Positions 37,298 through 46,365 of a stretch of DNA of 64,000 bases are shown here, piece after piece (within the stretch, counting starts at the first letter, position 1; each line of letters starts with the position of its first letter). The notes beneath the pieces were generated by a model. It did no database searches, was not told where the DNA came from, and saw nothing but the letters and a program-made list of their open reading frames with translations. The stretch spans positions 2,116,941-2,180,940 of the forward strand of contig CBDCXV010000010.1 in assembly GCA_965223905.1 (NCBI GenBank), written 5' to 3'. A program made the position numbers and the translations under genes. Source of the stretch: Candidatus Latescibacterota bacterium. Lineage in GTDB: Bacteria > Latescibacterota > UBA2968 > UBA8231.

Positions 37298-38524
37298 ATG
37301 AACCTCGAGATTCGAGATGTGCGCGCGATCATCACCCACCCACCCGGAGCACGCACGCTCACGGTCGTCAAGGTGGAAACCAGCGAACCGGAGCTCTACG
37401 GAGTGGGGTGCGCCTCGTTCTGCACGCGGCCGACGGCCGTCGCCGCGGCGGTGGACGACTATTTGAAGCCCCTTCTGTCCGGCAAGAACCCGGCCGAGAT
37501 CGAAGACATATGGCAGTCGTGCTACGCCTCGTCCTACTGGCGCAGCGGCCCCATCCTCAACAACGCCATCAGCGGCGTGGATCAGGCCCTGTGGGACATC
37601 AAGGGCAAGGTGGCGGGGATGCCGGTGTACGAGCTGTTCGGCGGCAAATCCCGGGAGGCCGCGGCGGTGTACGTGATCCCCCAGGGACGGGACCGGGCGC
37701 AACACGAGGAGCACACCCGCGAGCTCCTGGAACGGGGCTTCCGGCACATCAAGTTCGGATGGGGAGGCGCGATGACGGAACGGGACAGGGCCTTCTACGA
37801 GCCGACGGTCATTACCGGCAAGGCCTCAATGGACGATGGGGCCATCCTCGAGCCCTCGGCGGTCTGCCGCAATATCGTCGGTACTTTCGAACAGTTCCGC
37901 TCCACCTTCGGCCCGGGCCCGGAGATTCTCTTCGACGTCAAGGCCGTGATGCCTCCCATCCTCGGTCTCGCCCTGGCCAAGGACGTCGAGCAGTACAAGC
38001 CCTATTTCATGGAGGACATCTTCACGCCGGAGGACAACGACTACTTCCGCCTCGTGCGCGAGCAGACGAGCACGCCGATGGCGATGGGGGAGCTGTACAG
38101 CAATCCACAGGAGGTCGTCCCGGTGATCAAGGACCGGCTGATCGACTTCCTGCGGCTGCACGTCTCGGCCATCGGAGGGCTGACGCCGGCGCGCAAGCTG
38201 GCGGCGCTGTGCGAAGCCTTCAACGTCCGCACCGCCTGGCACGGCTCGGCCGACGTCTCCCCCGTCGGGCACGCAGCCAACCTGATGCTGGATCTGAACG
38301 TGTGGAATTTCGGCGTTCAGGAGGCATCCGTTTACCTCAACACCCACCCGACCTTGAAGGAAGTGTTCCCCGGCACGCCGGAACTGCGCGGCGGCTACAT
38401 GTGGCCCAACGAAAAACCCGGTCTCGGGGTGGACATCGACGAGGAGCTGGCCGCCCGGTTCCCGGCAAAAGACCCTGGTGTGCGCAGGAATACAAGGCGC
38501 GCCGACGGCACCGTGATACGGTAG
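37298..38524 (+). CDS. RspA/mannonate dehydratase-like enolase-superfamily protein
   Basis: LYGVGCA, SSYWRSGP..NNAISGVDQALWDIKGK, MAMGEL, RTAWHG..DVSPVG, NFGVQE. Confidence 0.88.
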   Translation: MNLEIRDVRAIITHPPGARTLTVVKVETSEPELYGVGCASFCTRPTAVAAAVDDYLKPLLSGKNPAEIEDIWQSCYASSYWRSGPILNNAISGVDQALWDIKGKVAGMPVYELFGGKSREAAAVYVIPQGRDRAQHEEHTRELLERGFRHIKFGWGGAMTERDRAFYEPTVITGKASMDDGAILEPSAVCRNIVGTFEQFRSTFGPGPEILFDVKAVMPPILGLALAKDVEQYKPYFMEDIFTPEDNDYFRLVREQTSTPMAMGELYSNPQEVVPVIKDRLIDFLRLHVSAIGGLTPARKLAALCEAFNVRTAWHGSADVSPVGHAANLMLDLNVWNFGVQEASVYLNTHPTLKEVFPGTPELRGGYMWPNEKPGLGVDIDEELAARFPAKDPGVRRNTRRADGTVIR

Positions 38525-38595
38525 CTCTGCCGGCCTCCTTCGCGCAGACACGTACCTCGCGAAGGTCGAGATCCATACAAATCGGGAGCACGGCC

Positions 38596-39408
38596 ATGCC
38601 CAGGATCGATCAACTCGTCGACGAACTACAGATCAACGGCTTCGCAGTGTTGGAGGACCTCATACCGATGGACACCATCGACCGGATCCACGCGCGCTGC
38701 AGGCCGATGATGGACCGGGTCGAGGCATGGAACTCGACGACGTTGAAGGGGGAGGGGTCAACGGGCCAGGGACGGGTGACGCAGAAGCAGCGGTTCAAGA
38801 TCTACCCGCCGTTCGAGATGCCGTTCTGCGATCCCGTCATCACCGAGAACCCGCTGGTGCTGGAGCTGCTCGAACGGGTGTGGGGGACCGACGACATCGA
38901 GATCCGGGACTATTCCTCGAACTGTCCTGCGCCTGGCACCGAGTACCAAAACTGGCACCGCGACGGGATGCTGCTCGCCGCCAACCTCACCCTGCCGGTC
39001 TATCCCGCCCTCAGTCTGAACTTCCCCCTCGTCGACACGAACGAGGAGAACGGCAGCACCGAGCTCATCCCCTGTACGCATCACTGCTCCATTGCCCGGC
39101 TGCACCACGTCCCCGGCTCCGAAAGGGCCCAGTCATTGAACGAGATCATCGGAAGGGGGCGCTATCCTTCGAAGATGCGTCTGAACCTCCCACGCGGGAG
39201 CGCCTGGATCTGCGATCCGCGGGTCATTCATCGCGGCACCCCGAACCGCTCGGATCACACGCGCATCATGCTCGGCATCGGCTACACCCAGTCGTGGTTC
39301 GGTGGACGGGACCGCGACGCGGTGCCGGAACTGACCCGGGACCAGTTCGATCAGCTGTCCGACCGGGGCAAGCGCCTGCTGCGGAACTGCACCATCGTCG
39401 GCGCCTGA
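38596..39408 (+). CDS. PhyH-like Fe/2OG dioxygenase
   Basis: Start MPRIDQL; Q.WHRD, PLVD..EENGST, D.R..HRGTPN.S...R. Confidence 0.85.
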   Translation: MPRIDQLVDELQINGFAVLEDLIPMDTIDRIHARCRPMMDRVEAWNSTTLKGEGSTGQGRVTQKQRFKIYPPFEMPFCDPVITENPLVLELLERVWGTDDIEIRDYSSNCPAPGTEYQNWHRDGMLLAANLTLPVYPALSLNFPLVDTNEENGSTELIPCTHHCSIARLHHVPGSERAQSLNEIIGRGRYPSKMRLNLPRGSAWICDPRVIHRGTPNRSDHTRIMLGIGYTQSWFGGRDRDAVPELTRDQFDQLSDRGKRLLRNCTIVGA

Positions 39409-39469
39409 TACCGCTTCCGACGATTGGAGAAGGTGCTGGGAGAGCACACTTCCGTCGCAGGAATTCGGC

Positions 39470-40264
39470 TCACGCCCACCGCTCGCAACCTCGGAACCGC
39501 AGATGCCGGCCCTCGATGTACCGGGGCTTCGGCTGGTAGCGGTTGACGCCGGCAACCGGCTCGCCGCGAAACAGAAACGCGCAAGGCCAGCTTTCGTCCG
39601 CAATCCGGGTGGTCGGGGGCATGTACTGAATGGAGCCGCCGCGGCGCCATTCGCCGCTCCTGTTGGGATCCGAGCCGTGCAGCAGGAGCGGATGGTGCAC
39701 CGAGACGTCGCCGGGGTCGAGCTCCAGGTGCACGGCATTGCTCTCGTCGAAAAGGTCGGGATCCGCCGCCTGGGAAAGCAGGTCGGGTTCGCCCTTCGTC
39801 GACACGTGGGGCAGCGGACCCAGCCGGTGCGACCCCGGGATAACCTGCACGCAGCCGTTCTCCCGTGTCGTCCGGGTAGCGGCGAACCAGACGGTGACGA
39901 CCTCCATCGGCTCCAGCGGCCAGTACCTGCCGTCCTGATGCCAGCAGACAGAGAGACCGTCGTGGGGAGGCTTGGCGATATAATCGGCGGCGAAAAACGC
40001 AACGTCCGGCCCGACCAGAGGCTCGGCGGCATCGAGCAGCCGTTCATCGCTGAGGAAGCGCACCCAGAACGGATCGCCTGCCACCAACCGATGTCCCAGC
40101 CGCTCGGGGCGAAGCTCGGGATGGCGCTCGATCAGCCAGTCGATGTGCCGGTTGATCTCGGCGACGAGGTGGTCTTCGAGCACGCCGCGGACCACGACCG
40201 CGCCGTCGCGGTCATAGGCATCCTTCATCCCACCCAGGTCCTCGAGCTTGAACTCACTGATCAT
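39470..40264 (-). CDS. PhyH-like Fe/2OG dioxygenase
   Basis: KPP, WHQD..YW, ENGC..VIPGSH, LLHGS.PN...RR. Confidence 0.9.
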   Translation of the reverse strand: MISEFKLEDLGGMKDAYDRDGAVVVRGVLEDHLVAEINRHIDWLIERHPELRPERLGHRLVAGDPFWVRFLSDERLLDAAEPLVGPDVAFFAADYIAKPPHDGLSVCWHQDGRYWPLEPMEVVTVWFAATRTTRENGCVQVIPGSHRLGPLPHVSTKGEPDLLSQAADPDLFDESNAVHLELDPGDVSVHHPLLLHGSDPNRSGEWRRGGSIQYMPPTTRIADESWPCAFLFRGEPVAGVNRYQPKPRYIEGRHLRFRGCERWA

Positions 40265-40349
40265 GGCGCCCTCTGCTTTCGCCGGCTTCTGGGGTGTCGC
40301 GCGCCGCGGGTCCCGGCGAGGAGCGGATACCGCAGACCGGCCGGCCGGC

Positions 40350-41319
40350 TCAGTCCTTGCCGGATGGGGAATCTTCGCTGCGAAGATCTATTCCCAGGGA
40401 GGCCTTGATGCGGCCCCAGGAGACGGATTGAACCGCTGAGTCGCCGGATTCCCCTCCGGGGCCCAGCAGCACGCCATCCAAAAAAGTACTTGCATCCGGA
40501 GCCCGTTCTGAGTCGTCCGGTCTGTTCAGATAGTAAAGGGCCCTTAGTCCCGAGTCATCGTCATGGTCATCTATCGAGAAATCGATGCCAATGATTCTCC
40601 CCTCGGTCAGCTGGGACACTTCGCTGTCCTCGGGACTCAAATGATTCAAGCGGTCAAAGCAGGTGACGTAAAATTCGACCGACCAGAAAGTGGGATTCTC
40701 GCCCAGCACATCCCCCCCCACCCCGGGCGAAGGGGGGATGCACCATCCACCTTTCATCCACTTGATGCGTAGTTGGAAACAGGTCAACCAGAGGTCCGCC
40801 TGCGGCGCGGGAAACAGCCTGGTAAAACTGGGCTTGCATGTTGCTCTCCAAGGGACCTTCCACCTCCTCTGGAGGTACGAACCAGTATCGACCCCCGGAA
40901 TGATCTCCGTCGACCATTAAAGTAATGCTGTCATATGAAAAGAATGTGTCCACGAGGCGGGACCCGTATTCGTTGTAGTACACGTCGTCGGCAAACTGGG
41001 CGGCTACATGGATTTTCCCGTCCCGGCTCCATCCCAGCCAGATGCGGAAATCGAGGTTGGAGGGGTCGTACTCGTCGTAGGAGGTTGGATGTGCCTTGTC
41101 ACCAGACGCCAGGCCGAAATCGAGGGGGGTCAGCGCCGGTTCCCCGACGGCCTCCACCCAGTCTTCCAGGCTGGCGTCGTCCTGGTCGAGAGCAGCCAGG
41201 GTCTCCTCCGAGAGATAGCTGATCGGATACAGGCGGTCTCCGACATGCGCGGCAAGGGGAGCGACATCTGTCGACATCGCTGTCAGCGTCAGAATGAGTA
41301 TTGAATGGCGGTAGGTCAC
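40350..41319 (-). pseudogene. CBM9/DOMON-like protein with WGRIK tail, frameshifted in a G/C homopolymer near 40715
   Basis: GGAGG + GTG at 41319; AHVGDRLYP, IWLGW, VDGDHSGG, then VEFYVT.FD...SAVQSVSWGRIKASL in a second frame. Confidence 0.75.
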
Positions 41320-41390
41320 GATGTCCTCCGTGAAGAGCTGCATTGGAATCGAAAAAAAGAGCCTGTCAACCAAAAAGATCGATCAGCCGC

Positions 41391-41624
41391 TACCCCACAC
41401 CCAGTTCCTTCGCATCAAATCCCGGTGCGGCGCCAAGAAAGCCATCCTCGCCGTGGCCGCCTCCATGCTCACCGCCACCTGCTGCATGCTCCGGGAACGG
41501 CGTCGAATACCTCGACCTGGGCGTCGACCCACTGCGACAGGCGTGACCGCTCAAGGGCCATCACCGCCTCGTTCGTCGTCTCCATGCCCTCCGTTGCCAA
41601 ATCGAAATCAAACATGCCGCGTGA
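41391..41624 (+). mobile_element. IS110-family transposase 3' remnant
   Basis: Across frameshifts it reads TQFLRIKSRCGAKKAILAVAASML..., GVEYLDLG, DRRDRSRA, RLVRRLHAL...IEIKHAA*, typical of an IS110 C-terminus. Confidence 0.65.
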
Positions 41625-41638
41625 GCTTCTAAATAGGC

Positions 41639-43228
41639 CTACAACCTGTACGCGAACAGCTTCGCCTGAAACATCCTGACGCGGATGGCCGCCATCTCGC
41701 CGACGGCGGAGATGTCGCCGTTTCCCCTCCAGGTGACCACCTGATCCTCCTCGTCCCCCGTCAGAAGGTCGCACTCCTCGAAGGAGTACCCCTTCAGCGG
41801 ATTGGCATCCGGGCACAGCATCGTGGGAACGCGGGGCAGCAGCTCGATGCTGATCCAGCCTCCGGGGGCGCAGCGGTAGTTCAGACGCAGCTCCCTCTCC
41901 AGCCGGAACACGGTGGGAATGGTAAAGCGTCCTTCCGATTCGGCTTCCACCCCGCACAGACGATGGGGCCGCCAGCGCGCCCAGCGGTTCTGCATCGGCG
42001 CCTGCTGCGGGAAGATCGAGGCCTGGTGCTCCTCTTCCACGGTGTGGAGAGAGGAGCGTCCCTCGTAGGGCACCGCCCAGTTGCCGTCGGGAAGCTCCAC
42101 CAGACCCTGGCGCCAGACGTGGATCTGGGCCTCTTCACCGCTTCCCGGGGGGCCGAGGGGGGCTATCGGCCGGCGCTCGGGCCGGGTCCAGACCAGGCCG
42201 TCGCGGCTGAAGGCGATCTGCATGTCGACGTGGTCGGTCACCCCGTGGAACACCGGAAGGAACATGCCGTGAAGTTCCTGCCGGCCCGGGTACGGGAAGT
42301 AGCACGCCCCGTAGAAGGAAATGTCGAGGGGGTCCTGGGCGTCGGGATGGACCAGCAGCTTGGCCGCCGGCCAGTTGCGGAAGTCCTTCGTCCGCGCCAG
42401 CCCGACGGCGCGGCGCACCACCTCGGTCTCGGGCATGCTCGTTCCCAGGCTCTGCGGCTCGACCGGGGCGCAGCCCTGCGGTTGGAGATAGGCGAAATAG
42501 GTCTGGTTGTGCCCGTCGTAACAGAGAGCCATGCCCCCGTTCACCGAATAGGTGGCGAGGGGTTTTTCGATCTTCGTCCAGTTGTAGCGGTCCGGAGAGA
42601 TGTGGCCCTCAAGCGCCCCTTTGAGAACCACCTTGCGTCCGCTGTACGCCTCGCCCTCGTAATGTTCGGCGCGCCAGCACCGGTCCGCCTCGTCGGCGTC
42701 GACCTCCTCGCCGGTTTCGCGGTCGAGCCAGAATCCCGCGGCGCTCAGGGACTTGTAGCGCTCCGCCGGCGGCGCGCCGGGGTCTTCCAGAATGCTGCCG
42801 GGTACCGGGGTCTTCAGAATGTTGTTCTCGGTGGACCCGTTGAATTCCGTCTGGCCCAGGGCCGGCCGTTCCCAGTTGTAGCCGTCATCGCTCACGGCGT
42901 AGCAGCTTCTGTCTCCGACGTTGTAGATCATGTGCAGCCGGCCATCCTCGTGCCAGAAATTGGAGGGGCCCATGTGGCCCTCCTCCTCCCATCCCTTCTC
43001 GCGCCTCAGGAACGGCTCCGATTTGTCCGCTTCCTCCACCCGCAGCTGCACGCCGACCGGGCCGTCGAACATCTCGTAGCGCCCATTGCGGGTGATGCTT
43101 CTGTGGCCGACGAAGATCTCCTGCACGTCCACCACCGCCATCCAGGTACCGGGATTGAACCGCGGGCGCACCCAGTCTCCGGGAAAGTAGCTGCCTCGTT
43201 CCAGGATCTTCTGCCTCTGCTCGGTCAT
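41639..43228 (-). CDS. GH-like beta-propeller protein (divergent member)
   Basis: GGAGG RBS; SDDGYNWERP.LG, ERYK, SRDGLVW.RP, VTW.G..D, RVRMFQAKLFAY. Confidence 0.7.
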   Translation of the reverse strand: MTEQRQKILERGSYFPGDWVRPRFNPGTWMAVVDVQEIFVGHRSITRNGRYEMFDGPVGVQLRVEEADKSEPFLRREKGWEEEGHMGPSNFWHEDGRLHMIYNVGDRSCYAVSDDGYNWERPALGQTEFNGSTENNILKTPVPGSILEDPGAPPAERYKSLSAAGFWLDRETGEEVDADEADRCWRAEHYEGEAYSGRKVVLKGALEGHISPDRYNWTKIEKPLATYSVNGGMALCYDGHNQTYFAYLQPQGCAPVEPQSLGTSMPETEVVRRAVGLARTKDFRNWPAAKLLVHPDAQDPLDISFYGACYFPYPGRQELHGMFLPVFHGVTDHVDMQIAFSRDGLVWTRPERRPIAPLGPPGSGEEAQIHVWRQGLVELPDGNWAVPYEGRSSLHTVEEEHQASIFPQQAPMQNRWARWRPHRLCGVEAESEGRFTIPTVFRLERELRLNYRCAPGGWISIELLPRVPTMLCPDANPLKGYSFEECDLLTGDEEDQVVTWRGNGDISAVGEMAAIRVRMFQAKLFAYRL

Positions 43229-43438
43229 CCGAAACCTCCAGGTTTTCGTATCGTGAAATTGCGTCGATTCACCAGGCATTGCTCCCGGGCAGAGAGCTCC
43301 GCTTCCGTATTCCTCAGGCGGTATTCCGCGGCCGGGCCGCTCACAGCGCCGCGGCACACTGTCGACGATTGCTGAAGGGCGCCGGAATCACAGGACATCC
43401 GAACCCCGGGTTTCAGCGTGTCGATGACCGCCGGAGCC

Positions 43439-44572
43439 TCACGTTTCCACCTTCGCCCAGCGGGCGCTTTTGACGTCGTCGTCCCCGGCGTAGAACACGA
43501 CGAAGACCGAGCCGTCGCTCAGCAGCTCCCCGCGCGGATGGCCGAAGCGCCAGGCCCCCATGTCGGCGAACTTCTCTTTCCGGCTGCGCCGCCCCCGGGC
43601 GCCAGGCTCGGTCCCCGCGTTGCTCTCGTAAATCATCAGGTCCCTGCCGCGGTCCCAGGTACGTCCGAAGTCGTCGCTGATCGAAGCGGCGATGCCCGGA
43701 GGGTCGTCGCGGTGCGAGTACACCGCCATCAGACGATCGCCGCCCAGAGGTAGCGGCTGGCAATGCTGGCCGGGCAGACCGCTTCCGGCCGGGGTCGTCC
43801 ACGAGCGCGCGTCGGGCGCCCCCCAGGAGACGTGGACGTCGAGGTCGACCCCGGTGGCCGGCTCGTGCGTCCAGAACATGGCCACCCACTGTCCGCTTTC
43901 GGGATGCACCGCCAGACGGATGTCCCAGTAGTACAGCAGATTCTCCGGATGCCGGGCGACGGGTAGAAACTCCGGCCACGTCAGGCCTCCGTCGCGGGAT
44001 ACCCGGAAGCAGCAGCCGGGCCGTCCGGGCGACGGGTCGTCGTATTCCTTCCACCACTCGTAGGGCTGCGCGAGCAGGCCGTCGGGGAGCGGCCAGATCC
44101 CCTGGGTCGCGGAGGATACCGCCCGGTGCGGCGGCGCCTCCATGCGGCGCCGCGGACCCCAGGTGAACCCCCCGTCGGCCGAGGTGGTGTGGAACATCCG
44201 CATCGGCAGGAACCCCTGGGTCGCCGGGTTCGACATCGGCAGCTCCGGGTTCGTGCGGTCCATCCAGATTCCGGTAGCGGACAGTATGCCCGGCGATGTC
44301 TCGGCGATGGTGAAGGAGAACACCTCGCCGGGGGTCCCGTCTTCCCAGGCGCCCTGTCCGTAGCCGTGGTGACGCAGCTCCCAGGTTCTGCCGGCATCCG
44401 CGCTGGCGAACACCGCCTCGTGGCCGTCGACCGACTGCCGCGCGCTGCCGAGACGGCAGCTGGCGATGAGGGTGCCGTCCTGCTTCTCGAGAATGGCAGT
44501 GCGGGCGCAGGACCGTTGGTGCGGTGCGGCGCGGCGGCCGTCGTGGATGTACCCTCTTTCGACGATCTTCAC
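43439..44572 (-). CDS. BNR/Asp-box sialidase-like protein
   Basis: Asp boxes SADAGRTW, SADGGFTW, SRDGGLTW, SDDFGRTW; FGHP. Confidence 0.85.
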   Translation of the reverse strand: MKIVERGYIHDGRRAAPHQRSCARTAILEKQDGTLIASCRLGSARQSVDGHEAVFASADAGRTWELRHHGYGQGAWEDGTPGEVFSFTIAETSPGILSATGIWMDRTNPELPMSNPATQGFLPMRMFHTTSADGGFTWGPRRRMEAPPHRAVSSATQGIWPLPDGLLAQPYEWWKEYDDPSPGRPGCCFRVSRDGGLTWPEFLPVARHPENLLYYWDIRLAVHPESGQWVAMFWTHEPATGVDLDVHVSWGAPDARSWTTPAGSGLPGQHCQPLPLGGDRLMAVYSHRDDPPGIAASISDDFGRTWDRGRDLMIYESNAGTEPGARGRRSRKEKFADMGAWRFGHPRGELLSDGSVFVVFYAGDDDVKSARWAKVET

Positions 44573-44586
44573 GGACAGGACACCGG

Positions 44587-45504
44587 CTACCCGGGCTTCC
44601 CGCCGCCTTCGGGTTGCCCCATCTCGTCCTTGTGCGGGGCCCGGTGGGCTGCCGGCTCCTGCCCGGGCTTCGTCAGGGTCGCGCCGTCGTCCTCGACCAG
44701 GGAACGGCTATGCGCATAGGCCGGCTCAAAAGCGGTGCGCTGTACATCTGACAGTTCATTCACCCACCCGGGCAGTGCAGTCTCGACATAGTCCTGGTGG
44801 TAATTGAGGTATTTTGAGCCGTAGCGGTAGAAGAGGGAGCGCCGGTTGTGCTCCGCCGTCCAGGGCAGGGCCCCGTGGATGGTGGCTTCGAGGAAAATCA
44901 CCAGATCCCCTGCCTTGCCGCCGACGTTGCGCACCACTTCCCTGTCGGTGTTGTAGAGCAGGATCTCTTCCGGGCACTTGAAATTCGCCTTGTGACTGCC
45001 CGGAATCACCGCCAGCCCACCGTCTCCGGGGTTGATATCCGCCAGCTGGAACTGAAAGACCGCGAGGCCGGTGCGGATCTCGCCGTTGGCGTAGTGGTAG
45101 AACTGGCCTCCGTCGAAAATCCGGCTGGTCGCCCCGTGCAGGCCGTGGCCGCCGGTGCCTTTCCTGGCGAAGCTGATGAACGGCAGGTGGTCCATCCGCC
45201 AACCGCGGCCGAAGAGTGTATTGAGGTAGGGAATGAGCTTCGGATGGGCGACAAGGTCGCGGAAGGGCTGGCACCATGGCTGCTCCCATGTGAGCATTCC
45301 CTCTACCGTGCCTTTGCCAAACTGCCCATCCATGCCGCCGCCGTACTGGGTTCCCCTCGGAAAGAAATCCTCCGCATCCTCGTCGACGTTGGCCTCGACG
45401 GCCTCGTTGAGGGCCCGGACTTCTTCAGCGGTCAGGAAGCCCTCAACATGCAGAAACCCCTGCAAATCCAGGAGAAACTTCTCGCGTTCGTCCATTTCGA
45501 TCAT
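44587..45504 (-). CDS. PhyH-like Fe/2OG oxygenase, HGA variant
   Basis: FLLDLQGFL, GLHGA, GDGG..IPGSHKAN, AGD.VIF.EA.IHG.LPW....RR. Confidence 0.85.
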   Translation of the reverse strand: MIEMDEREKFLLDLQGFLHVEGFLTAEEVRALNEAVEANVDEDAEDFFPRGTQYGGGMDGQFGKGTVEGMLTWEQPWCQPFRDLVAHPKLIPYLNTLFGRGWRMDHLPFISFARKGTGGHGLHGATSRIFDGGQFYHYANGEIRTGLAVFQFQLADINPGDGGLAVIPGSHKANFKCPEEILLYNTDREVVRNVGGKAGDLVIFLEATIHGALPWTAEHNRRSLFYRYGSKYLNYHQDYVETALPGWVNELSDVQRTAFEPAYAHSRSLVEDDGATLTKPGQEPAAHRAPHKDEMGQPEGGGKPG

Positions 45505-45573
45505 GTGAATCAACCCTTCGGACAGGGGAAAAGGCGACAGTCAGCGGCGTAAAGAGAGCTGACGTTTGCAATC

Positions 45574-46350
45574 CTATTCGACTACCGCTTCCCGCAGAGC
45601 TTCGATCTGGGAATCGCCGAGGCCGATGGCGCGGGCATACCCTTCGACGCCGCCGTGGCGCTCATCGAGATCGCCCAGCACCCCCAGCATTATTCCGGGA
45701 GGGCAGGTCCGGGCCTCGTATTCCTGCCAGGTGATCTCCCCGGCGGGAAATTCCGGATGGTCGTCCAGGTAGCGGGCCAGCAGGAACCGGCCGCTCAAGC
45801 TGTAGTCCCGGGCGATGACCTCGTGAGGTACTCCTGCTATTCCCAGGACCAGCGCCGCAATCATTCCCGTCCTGTCGGTTCCGGCCGAGCAGTGGAAGAG
45901 GGCCGGCAACGAGTCCGGCAGGGCGAGGAGCGACAGGATCTCGCGCACTTGTGGACCGCGCCTTTCGAGGATGAGGGTGTACGCCCGGCGCTTGGTCTCG
46001 GCCACCCCCTCCGGCCGGGTAATGCCCGCCGCTTCCCGCCAGGGGTCGTCCCCGACCATGTTCTGATGGTACCAGGTTACCCGGTCGGACCTCATGAAGG
46101 GATGGCCCAGGGTCTGCAGCTCCACGCTCTTGCGCAGGTCGATGACCGTGCGCAGGCCGTAGTCGAGAAGGGCCTGCTGCGAGTCCGCATCGAGCCGGTG
46201 CAGGGAGTCGGCCCGAAGCAGCCTTCCCCAGCGGGTCCGTCTTCCGTCCCGCATCTCGTAGCTCCCCAGATCCCGGATGTTGTAGCTCCCCGGGATGTTC
46301 AGTCGTCGTCTCGGATCGAGGCCGTCATCCATTGGGGCACCTGCCTCCAT
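45574..46350 (-). CDS. Tyrosine-protein phosphatase family (Y_phosphatase3/IphP-like)
   Basis: NIRDLG.Y, VIDLR, HCSAGTDRTG, DY.LS. Confidence 0.88.
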   Translation of the reverse strand: MEAGAPMDDGLDPRRRLNIPGSYNIRDLGSYEMRDGRRTRWGRLLRADSLHRLDADSQQALLDYGLRTVIDLRKSVELQTLGHPFMRSDRVTWYHQNMVGDDPWREAAGITRPEGVAETKRRAYTLILERRGPQVREILSLLALPDSLPALFHCSAGTDRTGMIAALVLGIAGVPHEVIARDYSLSGRFLLARYLDDHPEFPAGEITWQEYEARTCPPGIMLGVLGDLDERHGGVEGYARAIGLGDSQIEALREAVVE

Positions 46351-46365
46351 TAGTGCAAACGGGGG

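Noticed and set aside
37129-39408. 759-aa ORF as a single fusion protein
   Set aside because: The N-terminal part is an alternate frame over the RspA-like gene; only 38596-39408 has PhyH motifs and an RBS.
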